Shown: one piece after another, positions 1 through 13,492 of the stretch
How the letters are laid out: each line of letters starts with the position of its first letter
Position numbering within the stretch: position 1 is the stretch's first letter
Source: Eledone cirrhosa
Taxonomy: Eukaryota
Assembly: GCA_964016885.1 (NCBI GenBank)
Contig: OZ024742.1
Coordinates: 345,030,001-345,094,000, forward strand
Direction of reading: 5' to 3'
Length of the DNA: 64,000 nucleotides
The notes under the pieces: model-generated
Seen by the model: the letters and a program-made list of their open reading frames with translations, nothing else
Told to the model about the DNA's origin: nothing
The model's database searches: none
Translations under genes and position numbers: made by a program

Positions 1-696
1 CTGCGTAAATCCAGGTTTTTCCGGATGATAGCATAAAATAAAATAAAAGAGAATTATTTAAAAGCAATATATATATGCATGCACATACACAAATTTACAC
101 GAACAAGCCCACGCACACCCGTTAAAAGTTGAAAGAGTTGAAATGTAAAAGTTAAAAGGTAAAATATTATTTTAAAAACAATCAGTCACACATAATACAC
201 ACTACTGCATGGCCGTTGGTTCTCATGATTTCCTCAGTTTATCATCCTGCCAGATGTCCATGATCACCCTCCTAACCAAGAAAGGTTGGTGAGGTTACCA
301 GTTTAGTCGCCGACGACCCGACCATACTCCATTTATGAAATAATGTACAAGTAAAGTTTGTTTGTGTAGATAAGTGTACAAACAAAAAATAAAACAAGTA
401 AGATTGCTTACCAACGTATTTTTCTCAATATGGTCCTTATAGGTTACAGTAATAGTCCAATAAGAGGGATCAGATTATAGTATCCAGGTGGAAGATCAGG
501 GATTAATAATATTTTTAAATGTATAGGAAAAACATATACTAGACGAACTTTTGGTTAAATTTTTCATTTTTCTATACTTCACGTCCAGTATTTTTTTTTC
601 CTATATATATATATATATATCGCTGAATTTATATTTGTATTAATACCCGAGTCTTACAATTAACCAGTTAATAATTCTATTGAGTTCAAAACCCTT

Positions 697-1707
697 GTGA
701 ATGGACTCAACACTAACTTACAATTCACAATGGGTTACAGCCATAAACAACTCCCTTTCCTCGACATCCTCATCAAGAAAACAAGCAACAAAATAAAAAC
801 AGACATATACTACAAACCCACAGACTCCAAACAATACTTTCCATTCAACTCGTGCCACCCTAGACACACCAAAATGGCAATTCCTTATAACCTAGCCAGA
901 AGGATCTGCACAATAGTTTTAGATAAATACACATGCTACACACGACTAGAAGAATTAAAAAACACACTTATCAGCAGAAACTACCCACCATCCCTTATCA
1001 CCAATGGATTTCAACGTGCCCTAAAACTAGACATCCAGGAACTCAGACACCCCAAACCCAGAAATGAACCGCAACAAAAAACTCTACCATTCATCTCCAC
1101 ACACAACCCCATCATCAATGAGACATTCAACACCATCCTCCAGAACATTCCTTTACTAAAAAGAGACCCAAGAATGAACAATATCCTTCAAACGCACAAC
1201 ATCATAAAGAGCAAAAGACAACCCAAATCCATAAAAAAACATCCTCACACAAGCCAAAATCCCAAAACCCTCACAATGAACCCTACAATAACAAAATGTG
1301 GAAGGCCCACCTGTGGCATATGCATAACTTTAATAGAAGGTTCAACATTCCATTTTAAACAAGGACAACCTTTCACAGTTAAACACAACTTTACATGTGC
1401 ATCTGAAAACCTAATCTATGTTTTGACCTGCTCAGGTTGTCAAGAGCACTACATAGAACAGACAAAAAACAGCCTCCGTCAACGTATGACCGTCCATAAA
1501 TCACAAATTAAAATACAGGAATACAGAAAGATTGCATTTAATGAACATATCGCCAATTGTGCTCTCAACCAACATCCAAACTTTAAAATTTTCCCCACTT
1601 ACAAATTCATAGACAGCGCTACTTTCATCCAACGTACCAATAAGGAAACGCATTTCATTAATAAATTCCAACCACTACTCAATGCTCTAAAATTCGGACC
1701 AATCTAA
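697..1707 (+). CDS. PLE reverse transcriptase C-terminus plus GIY-YIG endonuclease (truncated)
   Basis: LPFLDILI..TDIYYKPTDS..SCHP (PLE RT thumb); CGRPTCGIC Cys motif; NLIYVLTCSGCQEHYIEQT (GIY-YIG); C-terminal E..FINKFQPLLN. Confidence 0.9.
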   Translation: MNGLNTNLQFTMGYSHKQLPFLDILIKKTSNKIKTDIYYKPTDSKQYFPFNSCHPRHTKMAIPYNLARRICTIVLDKYTCYTRLEELKNTLISRNYPPSLITNGFQRALKLDIQELRHPKPRNEPQQKTLPFISTHNPIINETFNTILQNIPLLKRDPRMNNILQTHNIIKSKRQPKSIKKHPHTSQNPKTLTMNPTITKCGRPTCGICITLIEGSTFHFKQGQPFTVKHNFTCASENLIYVLTCSGCQEHYIEQTKNSLRQRMTVHKSQIKIQEYRKIAFNEHIANCALNQHPNFKIFPTYKFIDSATFIQRTNKETHFINKFQPLLNALKFGPI

Positions 1708-2093
1708 AACTGCAACAAACCATCAAACACCCTACCTAATCCTTTTTTTTTATAAATTAAATATCACCCAGCAAGAATTGCTTCCCCCTGCATATTAACT
1801 CTCTAAAAAGGGAAATCATATCAAACCTCAGTCCACCATTTGCCTCCTTCACGGAACGATGGTTCAACTAAGCACCCTTGCTATATTAACACATTTTGAA
1901 CTACTTAACTTCATTGACTGTGCTTGTAAATATCATTATCTTTTCTTCCACATTGACTTTTACGTTCCACATTATGCACGTTTTTTTTCCTTTTTCTTTT
2001 TTCTTTTTTCACTTCTTAAACCTTGTTTGTATATAACATTATTCTTTCTGCACCTTCTGTTTAACATGTGCGACACCACACTAATACATTTCA

Positions 2094-2134
2094 CTATCAT
2101 TTGATAATGTATATAAATGCTGAAACCGGTAATA
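2094..2134 (+). ncRNA. HHR-like motif, U3-A8 core variant
   Basis: TTGATAA t gtat ataa atgc t GAAA ccgg TA atag; palindromic stem III (accggt); stem I weak. Confidence 0.5.
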
Positions 2135-2365
2135 GACAATAATTAAATATATAAATGCCATTGTTAAATAATAAATAAATCAACTAATACCTTAACACTT
2201 CACACAATGTAAAACATTTCGTTTTAATCATTTTCTAACCCAGAAAAAAAGAGAGAGAGAAACAAAAAAGGAAAAAAAAAATTTTTTCGTACTCATAATC
2301 GTTTCTTTCTGCCTGTTTTCATATATATATTTACATCCTAACTCGTGTGCTTCCTCTCCGCATTG

Positions 2366-2445
<80 letters not shown>

Positions 2446-2866
2446 TGAGGTACATCCCCTCCTGCTGGTTTTATTTGATTAGCTGACCTTTGATGAGTTT
2501 ATAATGGCAGGGTGATTTTCACACTCGTTTCTTATAGCTGAATCAACTCTCTTAAATTTATAAAGAATATCTTCTACAAATTTCTATATCAAAGATGAAT
2601 TTTAGGTAGGTGTCTGCGTTTTAATGAGGTGTAAGATACATGTATTTTGATAAGAATGGGATGACAGTAAAAAGAGAAAAGAAGGATAGTTTTGGAACAT
2701 TTGTCAAAAATGTGTCGTGTTGATATTGGTTTGGGAGAGGAAGTGTGTGTGTGTGTGTGGAGGGGGGGGGGGGCATGCTATCTCCCATATTCACTTCCCT
2801 ATATTTAAATATATTTTCAGTCCATATACATTACATACATAGACACACACATACACACACATATAA

Positions 2867-2913
<47 letters not shown>

Positions 2914-3463
2914 CACATACATACACACACACATATATATACACATACATATATATACACACACATACACATATATACACAAACACATGCATACCTCCAC
3001 ACATACATGTTAATGCATACATATACATATATATACACACACACACACATACACACACGCACACATATATATATTTCACACATACGCACGTGCATACATA
3101 CACATATACACACACATGCACACATACATATAAACATGTACACACATATCTGTATACCTACAGACACATATAAAAAACACACATCTATAAATACATATAT
3201 GTACACACATCTACTCAAGTGTTTATGTTCACATATAAATTGGTGTGGGAAAGGGGAAATTAATGAAATGTTATTGTACCTCAGAGTGTTTTTCTTAGGA
3301 GGGGATGTTTACAACCACCTTCTCAAACAGCCTTATCTTGCAACTTCATTCTTTTCCTTTTTTTCAAATATATATATATATATATATATGTCTAATGGTA
3401 GCTAAGATGCTCCCATAGGCGGTATGCCGATTGAGCACTCTATGCTCCTACGGAACAGAGTAT

Positions 3464-3783
3464 TATAGAATGGAAAACGAAAAATCAGTAATGCATCGGA
3501 ACACAATTTATTGTGTTACAATTGTTTCCCCGGCGAACCGCTCGAGGTGCGACCCGTGTGTGGATCTACCTGACTCTAGACTCGCAGGTTCCTCGGACAC
3601 GTCTAATGATTTCGGATCATATCTTCTTAATCCGAAATCAATAGACGTGTCCGAGGAACCTGCGAGTCTAGAGTCAGGTAGATCCACACACGGGTCGCAC
3701 CTCGAGCTGTTCACCGGGGAAACAATTGTAACACAATAAATTGAGTTCCGATGGATTACTGATTTTTTGTTTTCCATTCTATA
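3464..3783. repeat. ~320 bp near-perfect palindrome containing an HHR-like motif on each strand
   Basis: Arms of ~155 bp around a ~10 nt loop near 3620-3630; plus arm reads gtgt CCGAGGA ... GAAA caattg TA acac (3647-3734). Confidence 0.9.
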
Positions 3784-4059
3784 TATACTTCTCATTTAGT
3801 ATTTACGACAGCGACACCACCAAACTACAAATTAAATACTAACTTATGATGACATAACATATGGCTCTAACTGTTAGAGCAAGATTTTAGGTGAGATTTT
3901 TATCTAGAAATTGCTATTTCTAATGGTTGCTCATGTATGTATTTATTAGCAGTCAATATACGTTAGAATTATTCAGTCTAATTTTGCAGAATAAATAGTT
4001 ATTACAGCAGTAAAGGTTACAAGAAACAACCAGATATCTATTGTAATATTTAGATTTGA

Positions 4060-4380
4060 TAGAATGGATCTCTGTCGGTTTCGACGAGATATATTCCAGT
4101 TGTATGATCAACCGAACAGGTTACTCTTAAAATTAACGTGAGTGTGTCTTGGTATTCCACGGGATCGTGTAACTGGGGTGTAATTCAGGTGAAGATTCAA
4201 CGTTAAATAGTGAAAGAAATTGACCGCTTGAACTGACGGATGTCGGAACAGTTTCCGTCTAATAAAAGTGGAAACCATGCATCAATCCGAGACTAAGATA
4301 AATGGTATTTTCTCAAGATGTCACGCAGTGAGATCGAACTCGGGATCCTAATAATTGTTTTTTAAACAGTCAGCCATGAC
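4060..4380 (-). mobile_element. Diverged tRNA-derived SINE (family 2)
   Basis: Minus strand gagttcgatctcactgcgtgacatcttgag (B-box-like); homologous copy at about 46040-46370. Confidence 0.55.
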
Positions 4381-4416
4381 ACGTCCACTTATGTTTAGTA
4401 GACATTAATGAACATA

Positions 4417-4603
4417 GGCGGTGGATTGGCAGTATCGGTGGAGGGTCGGACGCCATGCTTTCCAGTATAGTTACGTCCCTTTACGATCTGAGTTCAAATC
4501 CCGCCGAGGTTGACAGTGCCTTTCATCCTTACGGGGTCGATAAAATAAAGTACCAGTAATGCACTGGGTAATTGCTGGCCTTGTGCCTAAAGTAGAAACA
4601 ATT
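4417..4603 (+). mobile_element. Full-length tRNA-derived SINE (family 1) with target site duplication
   Basis: A-box-like tggcagtatcgg, B-box gagttcaaatcc, conserved gcctttcatccttacggggtcgataaa domain; direct repeat attaatgaacatag at 4404-4417 and 4601-4614. Confidence 0.9.
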
Positions 4604-4619
4604 AATGAACATAGAAAAC

Positions 4620-5090
4620 CTGTTTCTGAATTTTATCTTTTACACGTATGCCCATTAACTGAAGCAGGTGGAGGAGTTCAAGAATCTCTGAGCCTTGTTC
4701 ACAAGTGATCGAAGCCAGGAGGCTGAATTAAGTGCAAGAATTACAGGAGCTTATACAGTAAAGCACCAGCGTCAGCATTCAGTAATCAGAAGAAGGGGGG
4801 GGGGGTGTAAAAGCCAAACTCGCTATATTCAAATCAGTATTTGTACCAACCCTTATATATGGTCAGGAATCTTGGCAAACGACCGAAAGAATACGATCGC
4901 GAATTTACACGGCCAAAATGTGGTTCCTTCGCGGGGTCTTTGGAGTAACGTTACTTGTTAGAGTGTGTAGCTCGGAGATCAGAGACCGCTCCAGCTAACT
5001 CCACTACTTATACGAATTGAGAATTCACAGCTCTGTTACTATGAGCATGTCGTTAGAATGTCCCAGGAAAGAATTGCTTATCTCCGAGCT
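4620..5090 (+). pseudogene. RTE-clade LINE RT C-terminal fragment
   Basis: Translates in part to KAKLAIFKSVFVPTLIYGQESW and HVVRMSQERI; frameshifted. Confidence 0.65.
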
Positions 5091-5890
5091 ACGCACTCCA
5101 TCGAGTAACATTATACAAAAGACTCATCGGTGGAACCCCATTTAGTCGGTATTTTTGATCGTATTCTTTCGGTCTTACTTACACATTTATTTTCTTTTCT
5201 TTGCTATATCTTTTGTTCACCACTATTTCCTATTTATCATCATCATTGCCTTAAACACTATCACTACTGCTCCCTGCATAGTCAAAAACAACATATTTTT
5301 GGCACATAACTACTGACCCGTTCCATTTTATTCTCACCATTCACTCGTCTCCTCATTGGCAACTTATAAATACCTGAATCTTATATGTCAACACTCCTTC
5401 TTATCCTCGTCACCCCTACTGATTTTCTGCATATCTGCCCCTACAGCTTGGTACCGGCCCGTTTCAAAATATTTTTCTTTCCATTTCTTTCCATAATTTC
5501 CACGGGCCACATTCACTGAAACACAACACTCAGAATTTTTGGCACAAAATCTACAGAAAAATTCTTTTCCTAATCATATGATCAACAATTTTTGGCGCAA
5601 GAGATAAACAACGTCATTCACGTTATCTTCTACAACCAATCCAAATATAATCTAAACAAATAGCAATCTGAGCGAATTTTTTGCATACAATTGGCAGAAA
5701 CTTTCCAAAACATCAGATACACATCAACATATACACGCGCAGCACTCCATCTCACTTAACGTTTGCAAATCATCCAAACGTGAAAGCGGAAAAGATTTCA
5801 TGGATACATATTCTTAAAGACTCCATTTACATTTTGCATTTTCAGTTTCGTTTTCATATATATATATATATATATAGATATATAGATAGA

Positions 5891-7654
5891 TATATTTCTT
5901 TATTAGCCACAGGGGCACAAAAGAAGGGGACAAATACAAAGGGGGGAAGTTTACATACAATAAAAACGTGTAAAATGTTATCACAAATGGAATTTAAAAA
6001 GTTAGTCGATTTTCCCCAATAGAGGGAGACAGTTTATATGGGTAACACATACCCCCGAAAAAAAATGTGCAACCCTCATCTCCAGGAGTACGAAGAGTTT
6101 GTACTCCTTTCCTCTCCTCCTCCTTTCCCTCAACCTACAGGCTGATATAGAGAGAAGGCCCATTCACTCGGGCCATTCTCGCCACTTTCACCCACCTTTC
6201 ATAAAACTTGCTGGGGTACAGCACCTCTCTCTCCATCCTGATTCTTCTTCCAAAGTGGTATTTGAAAAAAAGAATCAGTTGTTGGCCGGAGTGAAAGGTG
6301 TCTGACCTCAGCCCTTTCAACATTGTCCACCATACAACTTCTTTCGCCATAGCTATCACACAAAGGAAAACCGCCTCTCCTTCGTTTTTGAAGGAAGGTG
6401 GCGGTTTGATCATGACAATGGACTCGGTGGTCAACTTGATTGGTCCCACCCGCGACAATAGTCGTTCTACATAGCCCCACAGGTCAGTGACGCCCGGGCA
6501 GTGTATGAATGCGCGCGCGACGGTTTCTTCGTCTCGCACGCACCTCGGACAGATCTTTTTTGCAGGGTCCCTGCCCGGGCGCCCATGTCTGTAGAGCTTG
6601 TCTCGAACTGGTAGAGCTCCTCGGTAGCACTGCCAGGCCAGGGACTTTTGGAAGTTGTCCATCGGTCCCGGGCGGAAGGTCCTACCGAACAGACTGGCCA
6701 GTTCATCTTCCACTACGCCTAGAGTTTCACCGAGCGCGTCATCGCACTTGCTGCGGACCAACCCTCTATAGAATGACGAAGTGGAGTCTCCACTGATCGC
6801 CGGGTCCGCCTGCCAGAGGGCTGTGAGCGCCTGAGCACATTCGATGCACCAGTCGCCCATTTTCCTCGGTCTTTGCTTGACCCAGGACTGCAGCTCGGTC
6901 AGCGAGACGAGTCGTGGGAAGGCTCGCCTCACGAACGGGGCCCACACCGGTTGTCCGCTGAGGAATACGTAGAGATGCCGCAGCCTGAGCGCGTGTTTGC
7001 GCATCGTCAACCACGGCATCCCCAGCCCTCCGTTAGAAGGGTGTTGGCAGCAGATGCATCTTCTCACCAAAGGAGCCCGCCTCTTCCAAAGGAATCGGAA
7101 GAGCGCGCGCTCCATTTTGCCGAGCGTTTTGGCTGGACAAGGCACGACGGTCAAGCGGTAGCAGATGGCGGACGCTATAAAAGTGTTCGCTACCTCCGCT
7201 CGACCTTTCAAGGATAGTTTACACTCGGCCCACTTCTGGGTGAGTGCAAACACCTTGGCCGTCACTTCGTTCCAGTTCTTCTCCACCTGGAGGTCCGGAC
7301 CAAACCAGACCCCGAGCAGCTTTACCGGTCCTTCCGTCCAGCGTCCAACGACGCCATCGGAAGGCATCGGTCTGCCTCTCCACGATCCGAGTTGCAAACC
7401 GATGGACTTGTCCCGGGTCAGCTTCGCTCCTGTGACACTTTCGTATTCCTTCAGTAAGGTGCCGACTTCCTCGATTTGCGAGGCACTCGACAGCATTACT
7501 GTCACGCCGCTTTCCGCAGTCCCGGTTCCAGAGGGATGCCCTGCAATAGCTCCAGCTTCCGCAGTAGTGGCTCGAGAGTCAGTACATACAGAAGGGAGGA
7601 GAGAAGGTATCCCTGTCGAATGGATCGCGTAATATGGAACGGCTCCGAGAGGTA
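5891..7654 (-). mobile_element. 5'-truncated Tx1/L1-clade LINE (RT C-terminus, zf-RVT, 3' UTR) in (GATA)n
   Basis: ORF 6135-7505 (GGLG motif, CPRC..ET..H/R.F.HC); RQGYL-SPLLY upstream; gatagata at both ends. Confidence 0.92.
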
Positions 7655-7669
7655 TAGATAGATAGATAG

Positions 7670-7764
7670 GTATTTAATATAGAAATGGGTTCTACAGGAC
7701 TATAACTGTTTCATTCGAAGGAAATAATGAGGAAACTTACTGTGGTTACCCTCGATTGAACCCG

Positions 7765-7766
<2 letters not shown>
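7670..7766. mobile_element. Short footprint of the 16.7 kb HHR family (inverted degenerate HHR plus terminal tail)
   Basis: 7690-7734 is the reverse complement of the 16670 HHR with a damaged core; tail acttactgtggttaccctcgattgaacccg matches 16766-16795. Confidence 0.65.
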
Positions 7767-7810
<44 letters not shown>

Positions 7811-7840
7811 ATATAAATGTATATATATATATGTGTGTGA

Positions 7841-7934
<94 letters not shown>

Positions 7935-8427
7935 TTATTAAAATAACAGATTAAAGTTTAAGCAAAGAATCGCTGCTTTCACCCTTAACGGGAACTTCTA
8001 AAACTAACAAAGTCAATCTGTTAACGCAGATGTGAATATTTCAAAAAACGTTGCAACCGGAGGAAGATAGGAAGACGATACTTTGGTTCGTGGAAACGTT
8101 CCCTGGCAAGGAACGGGAAAAACGAATATAATACGTCATTATTTGGAGCGGTGAAAAACAATTACACGCAAAGACAAAACCACGTTTATGGTATAAAAGA
8201 ACTCGGAACGCGTCTTTCGCTGTTCGTATGGTGGAATGCTACTGTGTGTGTGTGTGTGTGCGTGTGTGTGTGTAGTTGTCTCGTTTGCGTGTGTGTGTGT
8301 GTGCGTGTGTTGTGTGTTGTTGCATCGCTTGTTAACTTAAACCAGCCATTTCATTTCGCTTCTCTCTAATCGGTTGTTTATTTGCGGTTGCAGTTGTTTG
8401 ATAAGAAGCGCTTCCTTAATACGTAAC

Positions 8428-8450
<23 letters not shown>

Positions 8451-8458
<8 letters not shown>

Positions 8459-9200
8459 TGAGAAGAATTGAGTGCTGCGTGGTTGCACATGGGTTACATA
8501 TGAAAAAAATAATCCTTCATCAGTGATTTTCCAACCTTCATTGGTATTTCATCGCTTTAAAAATCATATACCTCCAGTTGGTGCGAGCAATAGCTAAATA
8601 AAGCTATTGGGTCAAGTAAATCGCGTAAAGCGAGCGAGACAAGTAAACAAACATATAAGGTATAGCAACGGAAAGATAGGAAGAAACAAGCACATGGTAT
8701 CCGTTCAACTTAAGCTGAGTGAATTTCATGGGCGAGAGAGATATAGCAGACCGTCCGACGTGAGTGAAGTGTGAGCGAGAAAGGACCCCACACAGGCCAA
8801 ACGGGAGGAAGTGAGAAGAGGAGAAAAAGTTTAAGCAATGAATCGCTGCTTTCACCCTTAACGGGTTCTTCTGAAACTAACAAAGTCAATCTGGAAACGC
8901 AGAAGTAAATATTTCAAAACACTTTGCAACCGAAGAAAGACAGGAAGACGATACTTTGATTCGTGGAAACGTTCCCTGGTAAAGAACGGAAAAAAACGAA
9001 GATAATACGTCAAGTACCAGTAATGCACTGGGTATGTGCTGGCCTTGTGCCAAAAAGTAGAAACAATTATTTGGTGCAGTGAAAACAATTACACGCAAAG
9101 ACAAAACCACGTTTATGGTATAAATGAAGTCGTAGACTAATATTCCCTTAGGTGGTTCATAGAGACGTTCTCTGGCAATGAACGGAAAAACGACGGTTCT
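8451..9200 (-). mobile_element. Composite non-coding repeat with HHR-like motif (A4 variant)
   Basis: 8828-9125 is repeated at 7945-8200 and partly at 59403-59485; 8451-8820 is homologous to 50810-51300; a SINE 3' fragment is inserted at 9013-9069. Confidence 0.65.
8828..8878 (-). ncRNA. HHR-like motif with CAGAAGA core
   Basis: Minus strand: agttt CAGAAGA accc gttaa gggt GAAA gca-loop-tgc TT aaact; all three stems pair. Confidence 0.55.
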
Positions 9201-9270
9201 TATATATCTGATATATATATTTATCCTTATCGAGCCCTCTTTGGATTTTAGTCTTCAAATTTATTATTAT

Positions 9271-9347
<77 letters not shown>

Positions 9348-9479
9348 TTAACGATATATTGTTTATGGTATTCCAAGTAGATTCTTCACCCATTTACTAT
9401 AAATATATATATATATAGATAGATACATATAAATGTATATATATAAATATATATAAAAATATGTGTATTGATATATATT

Positions 9480-9533
<54 letters not shown>

Positions 9534-9699
9534 CTTGTGCGTCTGTGTCTGAGTCTGTGTATGTAAAAATGTATGAATGTACACATGCATATATATATAT
9601 GTCCGTCAGATAACCCTAAGCGTATGAATGTACACATGCATATATATATATGTCCGTCAGATACCCCTAAGCGGCCACCTGGCAACATGTGGTCAGGGA

Positions 9700-10493
<794 letters not shown>

Positions 10494-10754
10494 GCTTACA
10501 TATAAGTTCAGACAACATAGGTGCACCAAAAGTATTTAATAAACAACAAGTCGATTTACTTATATTAACCTCCTACTAACTAAAATACACCCATGTATAC
10601 ATCTAAAGGGCCTCTTTCACGTAAAGCTGCTCCCTAACACGACGCTATCCACTACATTACATATATAGAAACACAAACGCGCGATCACTTACGGCGCAGG
10701 CATTACGATGTTGCTCTCAGTTCAATGACAACGTGATTAGAAACGACTATTCAA

Positions 10755-10965
10755 ATTGATTACATCCAAACTGACAATACATATGTATGTATATATATAT
10801 ATGTATGTATGTATGATTACATCCAAACTGACAATACATATGTATGTATATATATATATGTATGTATATATGATTATATCCAAACTGACAATACATATGT
10901 ATGTATATATATGTATGTATATATGATTATATCCAACCTGACAATATATATGTATGTATATATAT
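10755..10965. repeat. Minisatellite, 4 x ~55 bp
   Basis: tgattac/tatccaaactgacaatacatatgtatgtatata repeated four times. Confidence 0.85.
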
Positions 10966-11054
10966 GTAGAGGTGAGTTTTATTGTAGCACAATAAAGCAA
11001 TGCAAATATCTGATAAGTAGCACTCTACAGTTTGTAGGACTGGAGTATAAATAA

Positions 11055-11240
11055 TTCTTTCTACTTTTGGCACAAGGCTAGCAATTATTCTAGTGCATCA
11101 CTGGTACATTATTTTATCGACCCCGTAAGGATGAAAGGCAAAGTTAACCTAGGCGGGATTTGAACTCAGAATGGCAAGGGCCGTAACTCTATGCATCAAA
11201 GCATGGCGTCCAACCCTCTACCGATACTGCCAATTCACCA
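11055..11240 (-). mobile_element. SINE family 1 with target site duplication
   Basis: Reverse complement of the 4417 SINE; flanking direct repeat actggagtataaataat. Confidence 0.88.
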
Positions 11241-11289
11241 CTGGAGTATAAATAATATAAAATCAAAAGATGGTTAAAACAGTTCCAAG

Positions 11290-11360
11290 TATTTTATTAT
11301 GCGCATTTCAAAAACAAATATCATCATGGGATGATATCTGCGTTCTCATCAGATAAAATA
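11290..11360 (-). ncRNA. Type I hammerhead ribozyme with long stem II
   Basis: Minus strand: tattttat CTGATGA gaacgcagatatcatc ccat gatgatatttgttttt GAAA tgcgca TA ataaaata; 8-bp stem I. Confidence 0.85.
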
Positions 11361-12656
11361 GGGATACATGATATGAAGCTTAAAAAACAGTTGTGAATAG
11401 TGAAGTTTTAAATCAACATATGAAAAATAATTTAAGATTGATGTATGAGATTGGAAAAAAGTGAGGGGGGTTTGGAAAAGGTAACGAAGAGGAGGAGATG
11501 AGAGTAAAGAATGGTGGGGGAGGAGTATAAGAAGGAAGGATGAGAGAGGAGGAGAGATGGGTGATAGAGAGAGAGAAAGATAGCCTTTACAACTGAGAAA
11601 AAAAAATATATTGTCTCACAGATAGAAGTTAAAATCCGTTGGAAGATAATAGATAATTTAAAAGAATTTGAAATTAAAAGAGGAAAAGAAATTATTAATA
11701 TGTATTATTAAAATTAAAATATTAATGTTATTAAGGATATAATGTGAAAAGAAGGAGCAGAATGAATGAGTTATGAATTTAGAGGAATTAGTAAGGGTCT
11801 AAATTTGTTTTTATGTAATGTAATATGTGTACGTAAATAGTTTGTTTATAAATGAGCGCGGAAGGCAAAGAAAAAAAAAGAATGTTTAAGGAAGAAAATA
11901 TCTAACATCAAAAAATATATATGTTTACGAAATATTTTCTAATGGTAATAATATAATATATTAAAAGAAATTAGTTAGGGTTTAAGTTTGTTTTTATGTT
12001 TTGTAATATGTAAAAGTCAAACGAGCACGAAAGAAATTTAAGGAAGAAAAATCTAACGTCAAAAAAAAAAAAAAATGTTATGCTTACGAAGGACAATTAA
12101 AGGTAATACTATAATGTATTAAAAAAAAAAATGTTATGGCCAATGATATGAGGGAAGGTGGAAGAATGGATAATGTAGTGGTGGGTAATAATAAGAATTG
12201 AGAAGTAGTTAGGAAGAAAAAGTACAGATTAGAGGTTAGAAATTAAAAAGAAAAGAGGAAGAAAGGAATAACTTAAATAAAAGACCTAGATACAAAAATA
12301 TAATCTGGTATAATGCTCCTTTCTATATATATATATGTATCTCATCTATATATATATATGTATATACGTATGCATATATATATATATATATATACATGCA
12401 TACATATATATAAAGAGAGAGATACATACATATATATATACATACATATATATATATAGATACATACATATATATATCTATATATATATATATATAGATA
12501 TATATATGTATATATATCTATATATATATATAGATATATACGGACACAGAGGCAGTGATTTTCTCAATGGCTAGGATTTCAGTCCACGCTTTGAGATTTA
12601 TTTTTTTAATAAGCTTCCAGAGTCCTCGCTTTGCCTGGAGACTTATATGAGAATAG

Positions 12657-12738
12657 ACTTTCCTGATGACGGGATGATTCTCTGCACCTTCTTCGGAAGA
12701 TGTATTTACTCCATTCCAGAAACTAATTAGTTGGAAGT
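12657..12738 (+). ncRNA. Type I hammerhead ribozyme with extended stem II
   Basis: actttc CTGATGA c gggatg...cattcc a GAAA ctaattag TT ggaagt; inside a ~250 bp insert between (TA)n tracts. Confidence 0.75.
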
Positions 12739-12788
12739 GATATTTTAGTAAGTAAGTTAATTTTATAATTTTCTTATTTTACGTCTCT

Positions 12789-12829
<41 letters not shown>

Positions 12830-12856
12830 ATAAATTTATATATGTACTTACAAATA

Positions 12857-13043
12857 ATTGTTTCTACTTTAGGCACAAGGCCAGCAATTACCCAGTACAT
12901 TACTGGTACTTTATTTTATCGACCCCGTAAGGATGAAAGGCAAAGTCAACCTCGGCGGGATTTGAACTCAGATCGGAAAGGGACGTAACTATGCTGGAAA
13001 GCATGGCGTCCGACTCTCTACCGATACTGCCAATCCACCGCCC
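12857..13043 (-). mobile_element. SINE family 1 with target site duplication
   Basis: Full-length copy; direct repeat tatgtacttacaaataat at 12841 and 13044. Confidence 0.9.
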
Positions 13044-13140
13044 TATGTACTTACAAATAATGAATCAAAATATATCAAATATGTTTAGAATTTTGTGTTT
13101 CTCAATAAGCAAGTTCAATAGATTTATCAAGAGCCATAAT

Positions 13141-13330
13141 AACCAAATGAAAAGATATATGTATATATAGAGACAGAAAGAGCCATACATCGTATAAAAA
13201 ACATGGTATATTGTATATATACCAAATACATCTTCTATAGAAGATGTATTTGGTATATATATAATATACCTTTTACGATATATGGCTTGGCTCTTTCTCT
13301 ATATATATACATATATATTTTCATTTGGTT
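13141..13330. repeat. Imperfect fold-back with perfect palindromic centre
   Basis: accaaatacatcttctatagaagatgtatttggt at the centre; aaccaaatgaaaa / ttttcatttggtt at the ends. Confidence 0.8.
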
Positions 13331-13430
13331 ATATATATATATATATATACACATATATATATATATATACATATATAAATAAATATAGTCTAATCTATAA
13401 ACTGATAAAACAACAGTATGGTGTTCAGAT

Positions 13431-13491
<61 letters not shown>

Positions 13492-13492
<1 letters not shown>

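Larger units (their letters stand above)
620..2370 (+). mobile_element. 5'-truncated Penelope-like element (Neptune-like) with 3' UTR and HHR variant
   Basis: Contains the 697-1707 ORF, a T-rich 3' UTR and an HHR-like motif at 2094-2134; flanked by (TA)n on the left and (TTA)n(TA)n on the right. Confidence 0.85.

Noticed and set aside
230-330. Segment similar to 62545-62640, possibly a LINE 5' UTR with an HDV-like ribozyme
   Set aside because: The similarity is visible, but I could not build the nested double pseudoknot or assign a family.
4417-4510. tRNA gene
   Set aside because: A and B boxes are present but no cloverleaf; it is the head of a multi-copy SINE.
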